Shown piece after piece: positions 37,496 through 50,811 of a stretch of DNA of 64,000 nucleotides. A program made the position numbers and the translations under genes. Positions within the stretch are counted from its first letter, which is position 1. Each line of letters opens with the position of its first letter. The stretch lies in contig NC_058135.1 of NCBI RefSeq assembly GCF_016433145.1, forward strand, positions 276,142,426 through 276,206,425. The letters run 5' to 3'. This stretch comes from Gracilinanus agilis. Its lineage: Eukaryota. The notes beneath the pieces were generated by a model, which did no database searches, was not told the DNA's origin, and worked only from the letters and a program-made list of their open reading frames with translations.

Positions 37496-37860
37496 AGTCA
37501 CTATTGCACTTTGCAAATATCGTCTTATTTGATCCTCACAAGAACATTGTGAGATAAGTGTTGTTACCGTAAGTGAAGGAAGATGAAGCAAATAAAGGTT
37601 AAAAAACCTTATCAGGCTCACACAGGTGTTAGGTGTCTAAGGCTGAAATTCTGTGGCCCAAATTTAGTAAATCATTACTTCTGTGACCATGTCCTAATGC
37701 CTACACCAATGAGATATTACTTTTTGTCTTTTCCAAAGTGATTGAATGATTACCTTCATAATAATTATAATGGTGTCCCACATCTATAGTGTCATTGCAA
37801 TCCTCAGAATAACTTGGGAATTCCTGACTCCAGGCCCAACACTCTAATCACCGTACCATT
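37496..37860 (-). mobile_element. CORE-SINE (MIR/Mar1-type) split by an OR-derived insert
   Basis: atttgatcctcacaagaac...ggctcacacagg...gtgtctaaggctgaaatt [insert] aact...ttcctgactccaggccc: the two halves are in consensus order. Confidence 0.7.
37641..37810 (+). pseudogene. Degraded internal fragment (ECL2-TM5) of the neighbouring OR5J gene, inserted in a CORE-SINE
   Basis: Aligns by eye (~80%) to 36859-37048, e.g. gtaaatcattacttctgtgac, acaccaatgagat, taccttcataat, ataatggtgtcc. Has an ~25 bp internal deletion and small indels. Confidence 0.85.
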
Positions 37861-39008
37861 AAATTATACAAAATTGTACTTAGAAAGTCTATCATCATTG
37901 TATGCAGAGCTGAAAGGGATTTTGGATCATTTTCTTGTATCCCATCATTTTTTAAATGCAAAAAAGTTGAGTTTAAGGAAAGGGAAGTGAATTGTCTAAA
38001 AGTCTAAAAGGATTATAAAAGGGAGGGTGATACCCTATGTTTCCCAACTATATGTAAAAACATTTATGTAAAAAATGAATTCTGACTTTTCTCTCTCTTG
38101 CCCTACCCTTCCCCATCCTGAGATAATAAGGAATTTGATATGCTCTAAATATATGATCTTTCAAAATATATGCCTATATTATTCATGTTGTAAAAGAAGA
38201 TACATATGAAGAAATAAAAACATAAAATAAAAATGAAAATGAAAAATAGCATGCTTCAATCCACATTAAGTTTTCCTTGATTTGTGATCCACTAGATGGT
38301 TTAGTGAACTGAAAGCAAGTCCTAGAAGTGTTAGGTTCTGGACTGAAATCTAGCCTCCAGACATTTCCTAGTGGTGTGACCCTATCCCTTGCCTCTGTTC
38401 TGTATTGGAAAAAAAATAATAACACACACATATATATATATGTTATTAATTCTAAGATAGAAGGTAAGTGTTTATTTATTTATTTATTTATTTATTTTGC
38501 TGTGACCACATTTAATTTCATCAGTCATTGAGCATGCATCAAGCTACTTCCAAAAGTATAAATACCATAGTTCTTAAACTAATTTCTCTCTTCTTTTCAT
38601 TCTTTCTTCCTATCACTCTGGGGAGTAGTTTGTTCATTCAGTTTTGTTTGTTTTTTTTTTACATACTAGGTACTTATTAAAAGTCTGTTGGGCATCATGA
38701 ATTAGCAAGATTGGGGCAGCATATCTTTGGTTTTACTTGGCTGACAGAAAACAGGGTGGATTGAAGGATGATCATACATGACAATAACAATAGTTCACAT
38801 TTATATAGTGCTTGCAAACAGGGTTAAATACTTTATAGTTATCTCATTTGATCCTCAACAGAACACTGAGGAAATTGAATCAGAAGTTAACTTGACCAAG
38901 GTCACATAGCTAGTCTCTGAGATCAACTTTAAACTCAAATCTTTCAGATTCCAGATCCAGTGCTGTATCTACTGTACCATTTAGCTACATGAATATTGCC
39001 AGTATAAT

Positions 39009-40875
39009 TTTTTTTCATTTTTTCATTTAATTAATTTAGAATGTTTTCCATAGTTGCATAATTTATGTTCTTTCCCTCACCTCTTCCCACACCCCTTCCT
39101 GGAACTGAAGAGCAATTCCACTGGGTTTTACATGAATCATTGTTCAAAACCTATTTCTATATTATTAATATTTTCAATAGAGTGATCATTTAAAGTCAGC
39201 ATCCCCAATCATATGCCCATGGAAACATGTGATCAATCATATGTGTTTCTTCTGGGTTTCTACTCCCACAGTTCTTTCTCTGGATGTGGATAGTGTTCTT
39301 TCCTATAAGTCCCACAGAATTTTCCTGTATCTTTGCCTTGCTGCTAGTAGAGAAGTCCATTATGCTCGATTGTGCCACAGTGTATCAGTTTCTGTATAAA
39401 TGTTTTCCTGGTTCTCCTCCTTTCACTCTGCATCAATTCCTGGAAGTCTTTCCCATTCACACAGAATCCCTCCAGTTCATTATTCCTTATATAATAATAT
39501 TCTATCACCAACAATATTCTATCACCATCAGATACCACAATATGTTCAGCCATTCCCCAATTGGTGGACACCCCATCATTTTCCAGTTTTTGACACCACA
39601 AAGAGTGTGGCTATGAATATTTTTGTGCATGTGTTTTTCCCTATTATTTCTTTGGGGTACCAACCCGGTAATTGTATGGTTGGATCAAAGGACAGGCAGT
39701 CTTTTAAAGCCCTTTGGGCATAATTCCAAATTACCTTCCAGAATGGTAATTCACAGCTCAACCAGCAATGCATTAGTGTGCCAATTTTACCATATCCTCT
39801 CCAACATTTATTACTTTCCTTTGCTGTCATATTAGCCAATCTTCTAGGTATGAGGTGGTACCTCAGCGATGTTTTGATTTGTATTTCTCTAATTATAAGA
39901 GATTTAGAACACTTTTTCATATTGTGATAATTAAATTAAGTCTTTACTGCCCATCTTTAGATTTAATCACCAAAGGTGAGAGCACCTCCAAATTCCTGAA
40001 CTTCTCTTAAGGAACTTCCTTAATAGACTCTGTGAATGAAACTTTGCTTCATTCACCTCTGGCCCTCTGGCCCTCTGACTCTTGGCTGAAGGTTAATTAG
40101 ATCTAACTGGATTGATTAGAGGATCAAAACAATTTATCTGCTGTGTTAGATTCTGATTTCTTTATTTCCTCTCTTTCTTCTTAATTGTAAATAAACTTCC
40201 ATAAAAGTTAATTTTGACTTGAGGTTATTCCTAAATTGGGGAGATTTCCCCTAGAGAATACCTTTTAATATATTGAACCCAAAAAAACCCTTTTTCTCAA
40301 TTAAAATGTGCTCATTGATAGTTTTGATTTCTTTATCTGAAAACTGCCTATTCATGCCCCTTTTGATTTCCTTTTCTGAAAACTGTCTATTTATACCTCC
40401 TTGCTCATTTATGAATTAATAAAGGGCTTAATTTTTTCATACAAATGACTTATCTCCTTATAAATTTGAGAAATTAGATCTTTGTCAGAGGTTTTGTTAT
40501 AATTTTTTTTCCAATTTGTTGCTTCCCTTCTAATTCTGATTACATAGGTTTTGTTTGTACAAAACCTTTTTAATTTAGTGTAAATCAAAATTATTTATTT
40601 TATATTTTGTAATATTCTCTATCTCTTGCTTGGTCTTAAATTCTTTTCTTCCCCATATATCTGACATATATACTGTTCTATGTTCACCTAATTTACTTAT
40701 GATTTTCTTTACATTTAAGTTATGTACCCATTCTGAATTTATCTTAGTATAGGCTGTGAAATGATGTAAACCCAATCTCTCCCATATTATTTTCCAATTT
40801 TGCAAGCAGTTATTGTCAAATAGTGAGTTCTTGTCCAGTTTTTGTCAAATAGTGGGTTCTTGTCCCAAAAGCTGG
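39009..40875 (-). mobile_element. 5'-truncated L1 (ORF2 C-terminus + 3'UTR) carrying an LTR insertion
   Basis: ORF 39576-39920 ([28 protein letters not shown]) and ORF 40575-40805 (ISKLGEH); T-rich tail at ~39009. Confidence 0.9.
39923..40305 (+). mobile_element. Solo LTR inserted in L1
   Basis: Starts with TG, AATAAA at 40190, L1 resumes exactly afterwards; candidate 4-bp TSD atat/atgt. Confidence 0.7.
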
Positions 40876-41295
40876 TGTAAGAGTTAAAATTAGTTTTGGT
40901 CAAATTGAGAGTTATAAAAATTGTTATGGTCACCATTTATAAAAATTAACTGTTAAGTCATGAGACTGTTAGCTTTAGTAGCTTTATTACAGGAAATTAG
41001 AGATAGTAAAGGGGGAAATGTAGGAAGGAGGCAGAAAATATTACCTACCTAAATTCTCTAAGTCTGGATCTGAGTGTCTCACCAAAGAGTGTCTCACCAA
41101 AGAAGGGAGAATAGACGAAAGGAAAGTGTCTCTGGCCAGGGTCTTCTCAACCCAAATGAGTAATTGAAGCCAAACTCCTTGAGCCACTATCGCAGAATCT
41201 CCAATGCAGAATGAAATCCAATATAGAGACGCTCTTGCAGTAGAATCCCTTCAATGTAGAAGTCCTCCAATGCAAAATGAATCCCATGCGGAATC
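40876..41295 (-). mobile_element. LTR fragment with internal tandem repeats
   Basis: tgtaagagttaaaatt terminus, antisense AATAAA near 40985, 15-bp tandem gagtgtctcaccaaa, repeated ccaatgcagaat units at ~41190-41290; far end missing. Confidence 0.55.
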
Positions 41296-42240
41296 AATTA
41301 TCACCACTATTATTTAATATTAAACTAGAAATGCTAGCTATAGTAATTACAGAAGAAAAAGAAATCGAAGGAATTAAAGAAGGCTATGACAAAATTAAAC
41401 TATCACTCTTTGCAAATGATATGATAGTATACATAAAGAATCCTAGAAAATCAAATAAAAACCTAATTGTATTAATTATTAACTTTGGCAAAGGTACAGG
41501 ATGCAAAATAAACCCATATAAATCACCAGCATTTCTATATAATTCCCACAAAACTCAGCAACAGGAGTTAGAAAGAAAAACTCTATTTAAAGCTATTCTA
41601 GAAAATATAAAATACTTGGGAATCTATTTGTCAAGACAAATGCAGTGATTAAATGAAAACAATTACAAAACACTTTTCACATACATTATGTTAGATCCAA
41701 ATAATTGAAAAAATATTAATTGCTCATGTGTAAGCTAATATAATAAAAATGACAATCCTACCTAAATTAATTTATTCAGTGCCATACCAATGAAATTTTA
41801 AAAATCTTTTATAGAACTAGAAAAGTAAGAATAAAATTCACATGGAAGAAGAAAAGGTCAAGAATATCAAGAGAACTAATGACGTAAATATATGAAGGAT
41901 AGAGGCCTAGCAGTACCAAATCTTAAACTGTTCTATAAAGCAGTAATCATGAAAACAATCTTGTACTGAATAAGAAATAGAAGGGTGAATCAATGGAATA
42001 GATTATGGGTAAATGAAGGCAGCAATCTAGGGTTTGATTATTCTAAAGATCCCAGCTTTGGGGATAAGAACTCACTCTTTGATAAAAATTCTGGGAAAAT
42101 TGGGAAAAAAAATCATGACAAAAATTAGTTTTAGATCAGTACCTCATACTGTAATACCTAGGTGAGGTAAAAATAGGTATTTGATTTAAATATAAAGAGG
42201 GATATTATTAGAAAATTAGGGGAACATGGACTACTTTACC
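41296..42240 (+). mobile_element. Older L1 ORF2 fragment (RT to C-terminal region)
   Basis: ORF 41277-41648: LSPLLFNI, EEKEIEGIK, KLSLFANDMIVY, GCKIN, IKYLGI. Confidence 0.9.
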
Positions 42241-42799
42241 TAAAATTGAAAATAATGGAGTACTGGATAAGTGTCTACAATGTATCAAGAACTATGGCAA
42301 ATTTTGGGATACAAAGAAGAAAAAAACATTGCTCCAAATTTCAAGATTGTCACAGAAAGCCTATTGTGGAAGAAAACATAAACATCTGTATACCAAAATA
42401 TATATACAACAGGATAAATTGAGAGGAAACTCAAATGTCAAATAGGGGTGGCTAGAAGATAACAATAGATAAGTACCAGAATTGGAATCAAGAAGACTTA
42501 AATGCAATTTTGATCTCAGACATTTACAGGGTGTATGACTTTAGATAAGTCACTTAATCTAGGTTTGCCTTAGTTTTTTTTCTCTGTAAAATAAAGATTA
42601 TAATTGCATTTTAATTGTGAAATTGTTCCAAAGTTAAAATGAGATATTGTATTTAAAGTACATGGAATATAGTAAGGGTTATATAAATGTTAATTATTTT
42701 ATCATTACTAATAATAAAGATAGTGAAAGATTTATTGAAGAAAGTAGGAATTTTATTGATACTTCAAGGAAGCTAGCCATTTATTCTAGTCTTGAGGAA

Positions 42800-43660
42800 A
42801 AGGTATTCAAGTCACTCAAAATCAGAAGATAAACTGTTGTGTAAAAGGAAAAATAAGAAGTCCAGTATGTTTAGCATCCAGAATACATGAAGTTCAGTAA
42901 GGTTTTAGAAGATTAGATACATCAGAAGAGGCTAGTTTGTGAGAGGCTTTAAAAGCCAAATGAGATCTCTATTAACTAGGGAGAGTGAAATGGTCTGGCT
43001 GAGATTTTAAGAAGATTAATTTGAAAGAGGAGTGGAAGATGAATTAGAGGGGAGAAACTTGAGTCAGAAAGACCTCCTGATTCCCCCCATGTTCAAACAC
43101 AGTTAGTGGAATTATTCTGTCATAAGTTAATGAATTTACTTGCCAGTTTTGTCATAGTTATAAAGTTAAAGAAAAGAAGAGAACATACACAAGATATGTT
43201 AAAAGCATAGAAATGATAGAATTTTATAACTGATTAGATAGCAGGGTATGAGAGAGTGAAGAGTTTCGAAATCATTCAAGTTGTGGACCTGTGTGAGTGA
43301 AATCATCGGGGTACCCATTATACTGAGAGGGAATTTAGTAAATGGGGGATCTATGGTGGAAAGATGGGCTCTGTATTGAACACTGTGTTTACAATGAGTA
43401 CAGGCCATCCAATTGGAGAAATCTAAATAAAAATGAAGGACTAGGTTATGGAAATATTTAGAGTTTCACAAATAGTTCTAAGAATTGTCTACATGAAAAT
43501 TATAATAGAAACTTTGGGAATTCATGAGTTTAACAAAGGAAGAAGAAAAGGGAACCCAGGAAAGAGTGACAGAGAAACCCTATTATTAATACATGTCCTG
43601 ACAGAAGATTTAGTAAAAGAGAGAAGGTGCAATAAGACAGGAAGGAGGAAAGTGAGGAAG
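42800..43660 (-). mobile_element. L2 fragment
   Basis: Purine-rich antisense L2 pattern (gagtggaagatgaattagaggggagaaacttgag). Similar L2 pieces lie at ~16630-16830, 18020-18260, 53870-54480 and 56100-56550. Confidence 0.5.
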
Positions 43661-43679
43661 TAATAGAGTCAAATAATCA

Positions 43680-44840
43680 GGCCAAGATGGTGGTTTAGTA
43701 AAAGCAACAATCCTACCAAATCAATATTTATAAAGTGACTCAAAACAGCAGGAGTCAAAAACAAACAGCAAATCAGAAATAGAGGGCTCTTCTGTGGAAA
43801 ACAACTTGAAAGTTAAACACAAAGTCAATTTTCATGGGATAAAAGGGAAAAAGAAGTAACACATGGAGTAGTGCTGGCCAACTATCCCAACCCCCAAAAC
43901 TATATAAAGTTCTAAATCTGGACATAGGCTAACTTCAGCACCCCAAGACCCTGCCTGTATACAACAAGAGAGCACTCTGCATCCCATATTCAGCCCCTGA
44001 ATTCCCCAGCCCTGGCACCAACAAACAGTAAGACCTAAAAATACATAGTGCTTGGCTCTTTCAAGCCTGTGCTATTGTGAAGACCTAGACTCTGGGTTCA
44101 ATAGCTCAGACTGCTGAGTCTTGCAAGCCATCAACAAAAGAGACAGAATAATTAGCTTTCAGAACTCCCAGTTAACAGGCAAAAAAAAAGAAAAAAAAAC
44201 AAAGAAACAGCAAAAGAAATACCTAACCATAGAAAATTTGTATGGAGACAAAGCAGTGTACAAAGCCAATAGGGGATGGTGATATCCAAGCAGACACATC
44301 CAAAACTTAAAAGAAAAGTGGAAAGTGGTCTTAGGTGATGGAAGAACTAAGAAAGAATTCAAAAAATCAAGTAAGAAAAGTGGAAGAAAAAAGAAAAAAA
44401 TGAAAGTAATGAAAAAAGAAAATAGCTTAAAAATCAAAATTCATCATTTGGAAAAACAGGCTCAAAAATCCAATGAAGAAAAGTATTTATTTAAAAAACA
44501 AACAAACAAACAAACAACAGAATTGACCTTCTGGAAAAAGAGACAAAAAAATCAAATAAAGAAAAGAGTTCCATAAAAAGCATAATGGAACAAATAGAAA
44601 AGGAGGATCAAATGGTAATGAAAGAAATTCATACTTCAAATATAAGAATTAGAAAAATAGAAGCTAATGACTTCATGAGATATAAAAAAACAATTAAAAA
44701 GTCAAAGGAATGAAAAAGGAGAAAAAATATGAAATAACTCAATGAAAACAACTGACTTAGAAAGTAGATCCAGGAGAAACAATTTAACAATTATTGTACT
44801 TATTATGACTGAAAGTCATAATAAAAAAATCTAGACGAAA
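43680..44840 (+). mobile_element. L1 5'UTR and ORF1 remnant
   Basis: gccaagatgg start; degenerate ORF1 (ENSLKI, IEANDFMR, TTDLESRSRRNNL). Confidence 0.75.
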
Positions 44841-45756
44841 GAGAATACCAAAGATAAAAAGACTAGTAGTTTAATAAAAGTTCTGCAGAGGAATCAAGAA
44901 AAAGAGGCATTGGGATTTGAGAAGAGATCATTATTATCTTTAAATTGAGTTATTGAATGATGACACTGGAAAACAAACAAAAAAATTAAGAACAGATTTA
45001 GAGGGAAAGAATGAAGTTTTTAAGTTTCACAAAATATATAAAATATTATCTCATTTGATTTTCACAGAAACCTTGAGATACAAGTGCTATTCACATACAT
45101 ATTTTACAGACAAGAAAACTGAAGGAGAATAAGATTAAGTAATTTATCCAGTTACACAGGTATTAAGTGACATATGTGGGCAAAATTCTATTAACAGAAA
45201 CACCAGTAAGAGAAACAAAGTTTCCCAACCAAAAATAGGCTTTTTTGAGGAAGAATCAGTCTCTCAATAAAGCCAAACTCTGCTCAAGACCAAACACCTC
45301 ATGCTCACTGAGATGGCCTCCTTTATATACAAAAGACTTATCAAAATTTATATACCCAAGTAAAAATGATAAAGTGTAAAAATAATTCATGACAGGTGTC
45401 ATTAAAAGCTGATTCATTGTGAATACATCAAATGACTGCTTAAGCACTCACCCTTATCCAACACTAAATTGATTCTGAATTTCAATATTTTAATCTTAGA
45501 TGCCCTAATAAAAATGTTTAAGTAACTAAATTTGGGGGTATGTTTAGAGGAAGAGGACTGGCTGAAGTTACTAAATCTGGGTTAAAGGAAGAGGTAGAGA
45601 CCAGACTCAGAATATCCAAGCTGTATGAAACTATAGAAGCTAGAATATCAAGCAACTTAATGAGGAAGGTCATGAATTACTGAAACCTGAATCATGAAGA
45701 ACTGGAATTCACACAAATCAAGATCAGTACAGAGAATACAGAATTCTTTGTCTACT

Positions 45757-45808
45757 CTATATCTATATCTATATCTATATATCTATATCTATCTATATCT
45801 ATATCTAT
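45757..45808. repeat. (CTATAT)n microsatellite
   Basis: Direct. Confidence 0.95.
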
Positions 45809-45960
45809 GGAGAGGGCCCTCTCTGCAACTTGCATCTGCCACTGGATGTGGAACCACCCAAATGATAGTAATGTTCTACATGCAATTTTTGTGAATGCCC
45901 CAAGGTCTTCAAATTATATTCTTAGTGATATATTTTTGTTGTTTGCTTAAGCTTTTATTG

Positions 45961-46001
45961 ACCTATAGGGAATATGTCCCCAAGTACAAGATAAATATAA
46001 A
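45961..46001 (+). promoter_or_regulatory. Predicted promoter of OR5J2-like A
   Basis: Shared motif AGGGAATATGTCCC (45967-45980), TATAAA (45996-46001). Lies in a block alignable to 58868-59300. Confidence 0.6.
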
Positions 46002-46296
46002 CAGGTCTCTTGTGTGACATATGTAAAAGGAAGAATTTGGCTTACTATTTATGAATTCAGTCAGATTGAAACTATTTTGTATTTTTGTTTATCTTTCTGA
46101 ATTTTTATAACTATCAGAAATGGAATTTACTTTTTGATTCTACTACCTAGTATTCACTTCACTTTGGTGTATATCAAAAAGATATAACAATGAAAAATAT
46201 TAAGTGATGCACTATTATTTTTGTTCTATAGAAATAACTAACAATGAAAATAAGCTAGCCAGTTTGAAGGCACTAAAATCTTCAATTAGTTTTTTG

Positions 46297-49200
46297 GTAA
46301 GTAAAATGCATTCTTAAAATTCTGTTTTATTGATTTGAATATAAATGAATGCTTTCATATTTGAATTTTCTCAAAATATTTTAATATAATGAGGAAACAC
46401 ATGGGCACTAATCTTTAAAGTACTGTGTTTGGATCATGGCTTTGATACTTATTAGATTTTTGACCTGAGGAAAATGAAAAATTATCTCTATAGAACTTAA
46501 TTTCTTCATCTACAAATTAAGAGGAATAATTCTTCTAATGACTGAAATTCAGTGGTTTTGTGGATGAAGATCAAAGATAATAAGAGTTGCAAAGTTTCTA
46601 TATATTTTAAGAAGCTACATAAATTTACTGTTGCAGATGATGATACTAAATATGGTAGTGATGGTAGTGATGATGATAAATCAGTTCATGTTTGGGCTTT
46701 GAAAGAGAAATAGTCATTTAAATGGAGCTCAAAACAAGATTAAAAGCAAAGAGAACAGTGTAAGGAAAGACTCAAAGGGGGATAAATAAGGTTTTATTTT
46801 TCTTAATTGCTTACGAAGTCACTTTGGCTAAAACATATAGGTCTATACAAGCTCATTGCTTTGGGTTGCCATAAGTGAAGAGGAATATGGGTATCAGGAT
46901 GATTGTGTTTCACTTATAGATGTGTAAGATGAAAAAAATCACAAACTCTTTGACTCTCTATAGCCTCATTTATAAAATCAAGGCAATAACTTTCCTACTT
47001 TACTGCTATTGCCTTGAAATCAGGAAAAGATAAGTTTAAGCTTTGCTTCTGCCAGCTTTATAGTCAGTGTTGTCTTAGTCTATAAGACCTTCATAGACAA
47101 AGACACATTAGTAAATTGAATTTTTTTAAAAACTGATAACCTATAGATATTATTGCAGAATAGGAGAAAGTAGGAAAAAGGAGAAAGGTCCAATTAACTC
47201 ATTATATATTTGGCATTTTTTCATTCTTGTCAACAAAATGAGATAGGGACTAAAATTATTTATGGGATTTAGAATCCATTGAATGGTCAATTTCTAAAAA
47301 TAATCATTATTACTTCAATATAAATATGGAAGGAGATTTCTCACTAAGTACTCCAGGGCATATGATGCTTGATATTAATGATGCTTAATTCAACACATTT
47401 TGTTGTTCTCTGGTCATTTTTAGTGGTGTCCAACTCATCATGACCCCACTTGCAATATTCTGGAAAAAAATGGATTATAATGGATTGACTGGTCATGTCT
47501 TTCTTCAGATTATTTTATAGATGATGAGAAAACTGAGGGGGAAAGGTTTAACTCACTTGATTTTTGTCACAGCTAGTATGTGTGCTAAGTCTGGATTTAC
47601 ACTCCAGAAAAAGAGTTTTCCTTATTCTTGGCATTAAACTATCCACTTAACTATCTCACTAGTCGAATTCAATCCACAGATAGCATAATTATTCAGTTTC
47701 AGATAATATAAACTTATTTTGGATATAGAATTCACTAGTAAAATCAGAATTCAGTCAGGATCTAAAAAGATCTTGATAAGCTAATATATTTATTTTATTT
47801 TAATTCAATTAAATCCCTTGGAAATAAATGTAAAATGTTGTGTATTAACATATAAATGTCATAAATAAAGATGAAGGAAATATCACTAGAGAGCAGTTTC
47901 TCAAGGGAAAAAATAGAGTTCACAATAGTGGAGTGTAGTTGTGTTCATGGACAGCAAAGTCAATAGAAGTCAGCAGTGAGTTATATAAAAGGCAGTAAGA
48001 AGCTAAAAAGGCAAATACTATCAAAGTTTATCTTAATATATTGTTGTATGAATAGAGTCATATGAAAAAGATAGTACTCTGTGAATCACTTTGGTCACCC
48101 TGGCTTAGAAATGACATCAGTAACCTTAATTCCATTCAGAAAAAGTTTGACCAAGGTGGTAAAAGGACTCAATACCATTTCTTGTAAAATAAAAAAAATG
48201 TTTAGAATAGGAAAGGCAACATTTATTTCGTAGCTGATTCAAATACTTAAAGCATTTCCACATCAAAGAAATATAAGAGAACTTCCTGAAATTTGAGGTG
48301 GGGCCTAAGAAGAATTGGTGGGAATTAAGAAAATATAAGTTTGGATCAAAATAAAGAAATGCATCTTCTAATTATAAATCTGCAGCTTTTTGGAATCAAT
48401 AGCTTTAGGAGATTATAGATTACACTCTTTGGTGAGGATGAATGATTAATTATGATTAATATTGCAGAATTTTTCTCAGTAATATGTGATGACTTAAATA
48501 TCTTCTTCAATCATGTGATGTATTACTAATATCGATTATGTGATTATTGTTTTCCTTTTAAATTAAAGGATGAATTTCCTCCATAACTGAAGAAAATCCA
48601 TCAAATAATTTTGGACTAAAATACTAAATATATGATGTAAATATAAATATAAAATGCTAAAATGTTTATTTCTAACAGGTTCATAATGTTCAATACACAA
48701 ATGAGGAGCCTGATTGTCAGAATAATTAAGTACTACATAGTGGCTTGGTGGCAGAATTGAGATAAGACTAATTCCACACAAGTGCTTAGTGCCAAATATG
48801 AGACTGGAAGTTTAAAGTCTGCTATTCTGAATCCAGTGTTTTGGTTCCTGCACCATGATGCCTCCTTAGTTTTCATTTAAATCTCAACTAGAAAAAAAAT
48901 AATAATAGTTATTATAAAGTAAATTCTGAAACTGATATAAAACTCTTTCTCATTACATATTTTCCTTATACAGTGTTCATTTAACCTCATTTTCCCATTT
49001 CAAATCTAAATGAAATAGAGGAAATAATTCAGAGGAAAGTATTGAAAAACCTTGAATCTAGTCTCAATTCTCATACCAATGTCTTTGAACAAGTAATTTC
49101 TCAAGGTGCAGTTTCATTAAAATGAGAACATTGGACAATATTAAGTCTATAAACTTTTTATTTCTAACTTCTAAGATTTTCTCCCCAATTCTGATATCTG

Positions 49201-50787
49201 CTCAAAGATACTTCCCTATTTCAATATTCTATTTTCAAATCCCCTTGAGAGAGGTCTCTTTCCATGTCTGATATTTTAACTTTTTTTTGAAGTGAGAACT
49301 TGATCATTCTTGAAAGGAGACAGATGAAATATATATATATATATATATATATAAATATATATATATGTACATATATGTGTGTGTGTATGTAAATGATATC
49401 CCCTTCTCAGAATCATAACTAAATTAACACGTGATAGAATAATAAGGAGGGACTTGGAAGGACTCAAAACTTGTCTACTGAAGTGATTTGAGAAATCCCG
49501 TCCTTAATGTATCTGAAAGTCCAAATAATAATATGAACAAAGGAGAACTGGTCAGAAAACATGCAGTAAAAGACCCTGAATTAATGGTCTCAAGTCAAAG
49601 AAATCTGAATTGAAATCTGATTTCAGATCTTCATGAGTTGCGTGGCATTTTCTGTGACAGATTTCCCTGCTTCAAAACATGGATAACAATGGAATCTACA
49701 TTCCATGTGGAAAGGGGGAAAATGGGATTCATATGTATAAAGCACCTTGATAATCTGAAACATATACATAAATATATTTTTCTAAATATTCATTTTACAT
49801 ATTAGTTTCAATTATTTTAATTTTAACATAGAATTTTAGAGGTAAAAGGCATCTTAAAGACTACCTAGTTTAAGTACACATTGATATACGCCTACTATTA
49901 ACTAGAATGATCTCTGAAAAAATACCTGAGAAATAGTTAACATTTTTTTGAAAATGCCCATTGAAATAGAACCCACTAGTCATTCCACTTTTAGGTACTG
50001 CTGTGAGGAAACTTTCTCTTGAATAAAACCTGAAATTACCATGTTGGAAGCTCTGAAATCAAATCTCTGATTTTCTACATATTATTTGTGTAATCATAAG
50101 TAAGTCATTTCTCATTCTTAGTTTGACAGTATTTCACAAAGGATATTTTCTGCTTTAAAATGCTAACTTTATGTGAGTAGGCTCAATAAAATGAAATATT
50201 TCCTTTATATTTATAAGCTTCTTTTCTCAAAGGTAGCATGGTGTAGATGAAGGAGAATTAGTTGAATATTTCAGATGTATCATTTACACCCTGTATTCCT
50301 TTCAGCAAGTCAAAGAATCAGAGGATACAAAATTGGACATTACAGGTATTGTCCAACATGATATTACCAATATTAATCAGTATCTCACATTTAGTTCTCG
50401 ATTTTATCCTCTCTAAACGAATGAGGTTGGACTCAATGACTTCTGTCCTAGGAAAGAATATGGAAGCAAATAAAGAGATTATGGAATTAGAGGCATGGAT
50501 TTGGTTGGATTTTTTAATAATTATTACCTAAATCAGTTTACCTCATTGAACTTAAGTTTCTTCAATGAAATATTGAGGAACAGATAGTATCTGAGATCCT
50601 TTTACATCTATATATACAATACAGTACTATTTAAGATAACATGTTAATCTAAAGCTTATGCATCTTTTCAGTGGAAAAATATATTTTAGGGAATGGGTTT
50701 ATCTTAAGCAAACTTGGTTAGTTTTTATGTTTTTGCTGATATTATTGTTCTCATAAATTAATTCTGTTCTTGCTTTCTTTCTCATAG
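46297..50787 (+). other. Predicted 5'UTR intron of OR5J2-like A
   Basis: Donor TTG|GTAAGT conserved with the paralog (59291); acceptor ttcttgctttctttctcatAG 24 nt before the ATG. Confidence 0.55.
47695..48400 (+). mobile_element. L3/CR1 fragment (shared with paralog B)
   Basis: tttcagataatataaac...caggatctaaaaagatcttgataagcta resembles the CR1 RT region; homologous to 60480-61130. Confidence 0.55.
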
Positions 50788-50811
50788 TCATTGACATGAC
50801 AAACCAGATGA

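Noticed and set aside
39009-42240. Antisense L1 3' end next to a sense L1 ORF2 piece, resembling a twin-priming inversion
   Set aside because: The ~190 bp of consensus they share is strongly diverged between the two copies and an LTR separates them; two independent insertions of different age fit better.
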